Notes under the pieces: generated by a model
Database searches by the model: none
The model's input: only the letters and a program-made list of their open reading frames with translations
What the model was told of the DNA's origin: nothing
IMG/VR virus record: IMGVR_UViG_3300021964_000224
Span: 1 to 35,386 of that record
Strand: one strand, 5' to 3'
DNA: 35,386 nt
Origin: a virus
Taxonomy: Duplodnaviria > Caudoviricetes
Translations under genes and position numbers: made by a program
Shown: positions 32,626-35,386 of the stretch, piece by piece
Position numbering within the stretch: position 1 is the stretch's first letter
How the letters are laid out: each line of letters opens with the position of its first letter

Positions 32626-32723
32626 GTGGTTCTCCTTCTGGTTGTTGTTCTCTCCCACGCAAACAAGTATTACTGATCTAACAGCATCGCGCAACTCTAA
32701 TGCGAAATATTTCGATTAGCGGT
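32623..32723 (-). promoter_or_regulatory. Conserved cassette promoter/leader element, copy 5
   Basis: Minus strand: accgctaatcgaaatatttcgcattagagTTGCGC-17bp-AATACTtgtttgcGTGGGAGAGAACAACAACCAGAAGGAGAaccacATG. Confidence 0.85.
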
Positions 32724-32858
32724 CGGCTGTGAGGTACAGCGGTGACGCACCGCAGCGGCGTACGATGACCGGTACAGGAGTGCGCTCGTCGCCGCAGGTG
32801 TCCCCGTGACCGTCTGTCGCTCACGACCGACCCTGCGCCAACAGCAGTAGGAGTACGG

Positions 32859-33107
32859 ATGAAGTTTCGAGTGACAGGCGGAGAGGACGGGCAGGCAGGT
32901 ATCAGCGTCGGCTTACGCCGCTACGAGGCCGGTGACATCATCGAGATGACACAAGCGAAAGCAGGCTGGCTGGTCGACCGCGGCCTGCTCATCGCCGACT
33001 CGAAAGCCGCCGACCCGGAACCCGATCCCGAACCCGACTTCGACGACGACGACCTTGACACCGACGACGACATCGACGACGACACCGTCGAGGAGAGTGA
33101 GGACTGA
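32859..33107 (+). CDS. Small hypothetical protein with acidic tail
   Basis: AGGAG SD. RYEAGDIIE......WLVDRGL. Coupled to the tail-tube-like gene. Confidence 0.75.
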   Translation: MKFRVTGGEDGQAGISVGLRRYEAGDIIEMTQAKAGWLVDRGLLIADSKAADPEPDPEPDFDDDDLDTDDDIDDDTVEESED

Positions 33108-33859
33108 TGCCCACGTTCATTCACGGCAAAGGGACAGCGGTCATGCTCGACGAGTTCGACCTGTCGGCATACTTCAACGCGGCCGACGTCGCACACTCAA
33201 CCGAGACCGCTGAGACCACAGCGTTCGGCCAGTCAGCAAAGTCGTACATCGTCGGGCTGCGTGACGGCACCCTGTCGATGTCTGGCATGTGGGCGGCGGA
33301 CACCGACGGCTCCGACGAGGAACTGTCCGCGATCCTCGGCGCGACGACTACACCGATCGTGACTGTCCAGTACGACTCCGGCACGATCGGCAACCGGGCG
33401 ACACTCGCGAAGGCACACTCGACGTCGTACTCGATCTCGTCACCTGTCGCCGATGTCGTCACCGTCACCGCCGACTTCAATGCGAGCACCGACGGCACAG
33501 CGAACGTGACACTCAGCATCGCACAGGGTGTCCAGTTGACCACGGGCGCGTCGATCGCGTTCGGGTCGCTTGGCGATCTCGCGTCAGTCGATAACAGCGC
33601 GTCGAGCGCGAACGGTGGCATGGGCAACCTGCACGTCGTCGCGAACACTCTCGACGCTGACTGCACGATCAAGATTCAGGACTCGGCCGACGACGCCACG
33701 TTCGCCGACCTGATTACGTTCTCAACGGTGTCGTCAGCGACGGCCACCAGCGAGCAGAAGGCGGTCACCGGTACCGTCGCCCAATACCTACGCGCCACCG
33801 CATCATCGGCGGCGACATCTGGTGCCATCACCTTCCACATCGCGTTCGCGCGGTACTGA
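33107..33859 (+). CDS. Tail tube-like protein with C-terminal extension (paralog 1)
   Basis: MPTFIHGK...ETAETTAFG...KSYIVGLRDG.LS.SG.W...SYSISSPVADVVT..ADF, plus about 115 extra residues. Confidence 0.75.
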   Translation: MPTFIHGKGTAVMLDEFDLSAYFNAADVAHSTETAETTAFGQSAKSYIVGLRDGTLSMSGMWAADTDGSDEELSAILGATTTPIVTVQYDSGTIGNRATLAKAHSTSYSISSPVADVVTVTADFNASTDGTANVTLSIAQGVQLTTGASIAFGSLGDLASVDNSASSANGGMGNLHVVANTLDADCTIKIQDSADDATFADLITFSTVSSATATSEQKAVTGTVAQYLRATASSAATSGAITFHIAFARY

Positions 33860-33880
33860 TCCCACAGGAGCAACAACAAC

Positions 33881-34288
33881 ATGCCAACTTTCGTACACGG
33901 CAAGTCCACCCATTTCGAGATCGACGACACCGGCGGCACAAGCCGTGACATCAGCGACACGCTGACCAGCGTCGATTTCCCGGAGACCATCGAGACCGCT
34001 GAGACCACCGCGTTCGGTGCGACGTCGAAGTCGTACATCGTCGGTCTCCGCGACGCGACCCTGTCGGTGTCCGGCATCTGGGACGCCACCGTCGACGGCT
34101 ATTTCATCGGCACCGAGCCTGCCAGCCGCACCTTCATCTACGGACCGGCAGGCGACACCGGCGGTAACGTCAAGTACACCGGCGAGGCGATCCTGACATC
34201 GTTCAGCATCTCGAACCCGGTTGGCGACGTCGTCACGTTCTCGGCCGACTTCCAAGTCACCGGCGACGTGACTCGCACCACGTTCTGA
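33881..34288 (+). CDS. Major tail tube protein (paralog 2)
   Basis: MPTFVHGK...ETAETTAFG...KYTGEAILTSFSIS.PVGDVVTFSADFQVTG. AGGAG SD, directly before the chaperone. Confidence 0.85.
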   Translation: MPTFVHGKSTHFEIDDTGGTSRDISDTLTSVDFPETIETAETTAFGATSKSYIVGLRDATLSVSGIWDATVDGYFIGTEPASRTFIYGPAGDTGGNVKYTGEAILTSFSISNPVGDVVTFSADFQVTGDVTRTTF

Positions 34289-34310
34289 CCTAACCCACAA
34301 CTGAGAAGGA

Positions 34311-34700
34311 GTGACCAACGTGTCCATCATCGACAAGATCAAGCAGGCTCGCGACACCGAAGCGGAGTCGTACACGATCGACGAGTGGGATGTCACCGTC
34401 GAGATCAGGTCAATGTCTGCCCGCCAGCGGGCGAACATGAACACCGTGATCGAGGACGACGGCACAGCCGCCGAGAAGCAGGAACTCATGTGGGGCTACC
34501 TGCTGTGCTCGTGCGTGTTCGACCCGTCGTCGGGCGACCCGGTGTTCACCGAGGACGACATGGAATGGCTGCTGTCCGACAAGTCGTTCGCTGTCATTGA
34601 CCGGCTCACCGCCAAGTGTTTAGAGGTGTCGAGCGTCAACCGGGAAGCGGTGGACGAGGCGGGAAAATCCTCCTCGGGTTCCCCGACAGACGAGGAGTAA
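34311..34700 (+). CDS. Tail assembly chaperone (gpG-like)
   Basis: IDEWDVTVEIRSMSARQR...D...G.PVFT.DD...L..KS..VIDRL, ending EAGKS at a slippery site. Confidence 0.85.
   Translation: MTNVSIIDKIKQARDTEAESYTIDEWDVTVEIRSMSARQRANMNTVIEDDGTAAEKQELMWGYLLCSCVFDPSSGDPVFTEDDMEWLLSDKSFAVIDRLTAKCLEVSSVNREAVDEAGKSSSGSPTDEE
34661..34667 (+). other. -1 programmed ribosomal frameshift site (G GGA AAA) giving gpGT-like product 34311-34882
   Basis: X XXY YYZ heptamer in the correct frame. The -1 frame continues ...HPERRFMFHLARELGMTVREL..RMSS.EL.EWMA.Y.IE to TAG 34882. Confidence 0.85.
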
Positions 34701-34885
34701 CTCATCCTGAGCGGCGGTTCATGTTCCATCTCGCGCGGGAGTTGGGTATGACCGTGCGCGAACTCGGTGACCGTATGTCATCGACAGAACTCGTCGAGTG
34801 GATGGCGTTGTACAAGATCGAAGCCGGTGAGCGGGATCATCAACGGCAGGTAGCGGAGCAACGTAGCAAGAGGAAGCGGTAGGTC

Positions 34886-35386
34886 ATGGCGGACACAGCA
34901 GTCGTCGCACGTCTGAAGGCGGTGCTCACGGGTGACTCGTCCGGGTTGCGTCGTGACCTCACCCAGTCTGAGAAACGACTAAAGCAGTTCGGTGACCGGG
35001 CGTCCGCGCTCGGCCGGACAATGACGACCCGTGTCACGTTGCCGCTCGTCGGTGTCGGCGCGGCCGCGGTCAAGGTTGCCGCCGACTTCGAGAAGTCGAT
35101 GACGTCGATCACGGCGCTCGTCGGTGTCGCCCGCGAAGAAGTGCAGCGGATGGAGGGCGACGTCCGGTCGATGGCTGTCCAGTTCGGCAAGTCCGGCACC
35201 GAGGCCGCGAACGCGCTGTTCTTTATCACGTCGGCAGGTTTGCGCGGGTCGGTCGCCACGGACACGCTCGCCGCGTCGTTGAAGGCGTCCGCGATCGGAC
35301 TGGGTGACACCGCGACGATCGCCGACCTCGCTACGTCCGCGTTGAACGCCTACGGGGCGGACACGTTGTCGGCATCGCAGGCGACC
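34886..35386 (+). CDS. Tape measure protein, 3'-truncated (TP901-like)
   Basis: Open frame from ATG 34886 to the window end: MADTAVVARLKAVLTGDSSG...GRTMTTRVTLPLVGVGAAAVKVAADFEKSM...EAANALFFITSAGL. Confidence 0.9.
   Translation, partial: MADTAVVARLKAVLTGDSSGLRRDLTQSEKRLKQFGDRASALGRTMTTRVTLPLVGVGAAAVKVAADFEKSMTSITALVGVAREEVQRMEGDVRSMAVQFGKSGTEAANALFFITSAGLRGSVATDTLAASLKASAIGLGDTATIADLATSALNAYGADTLSASQAT

Overview
This window is a high-GC tailed-phage (siphovirus-like) genome segment. The host is probably an Actinomycetota member, judged from two WhiB genes and many leaderless TANNNT-type starts. The order runs: lambda-O-like replication initiator with iterons, HNH, RusA, a putative DNA-modification group (ParB-like, TET/JBP-like 2OG-Fe(II) dioxygenase, PAPS-reductase-like PP-loop protein, FkbM-like methyltransferase), terminase, portal, MuF-ADP-ribosyltransferase fusion, XkdF-like protease, scaffold, capsid, head-tail genes, two paralogous tail-tube genes, tail chaperones with a -1 frameshift, and the start of the tape measure. 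The most striking feature is five cassettes of small accessory genes (about 11 kb in total, both orientations) that interrupt the core gene order. Each is headed by the same 70-100 bp element: GCTAA-N15-TTAG dyad, TTGCGC -35, 17-18 bp spacer, AATACT -10, and usually a 33-nt in-frame leader GGGAGAGAAC...GAAGGAGA...ATG. A degenerate sixth copy also exists. Genes inside the cassettes are joined by a stereotyped junction (GAGGTGAAGTGATGAGC and variants). The prohead protease also appears split over two genes 5.7 kb apart, and the C/G strand skew flips at terS. All family calls come from motifs recognised by eye. No database search was run.
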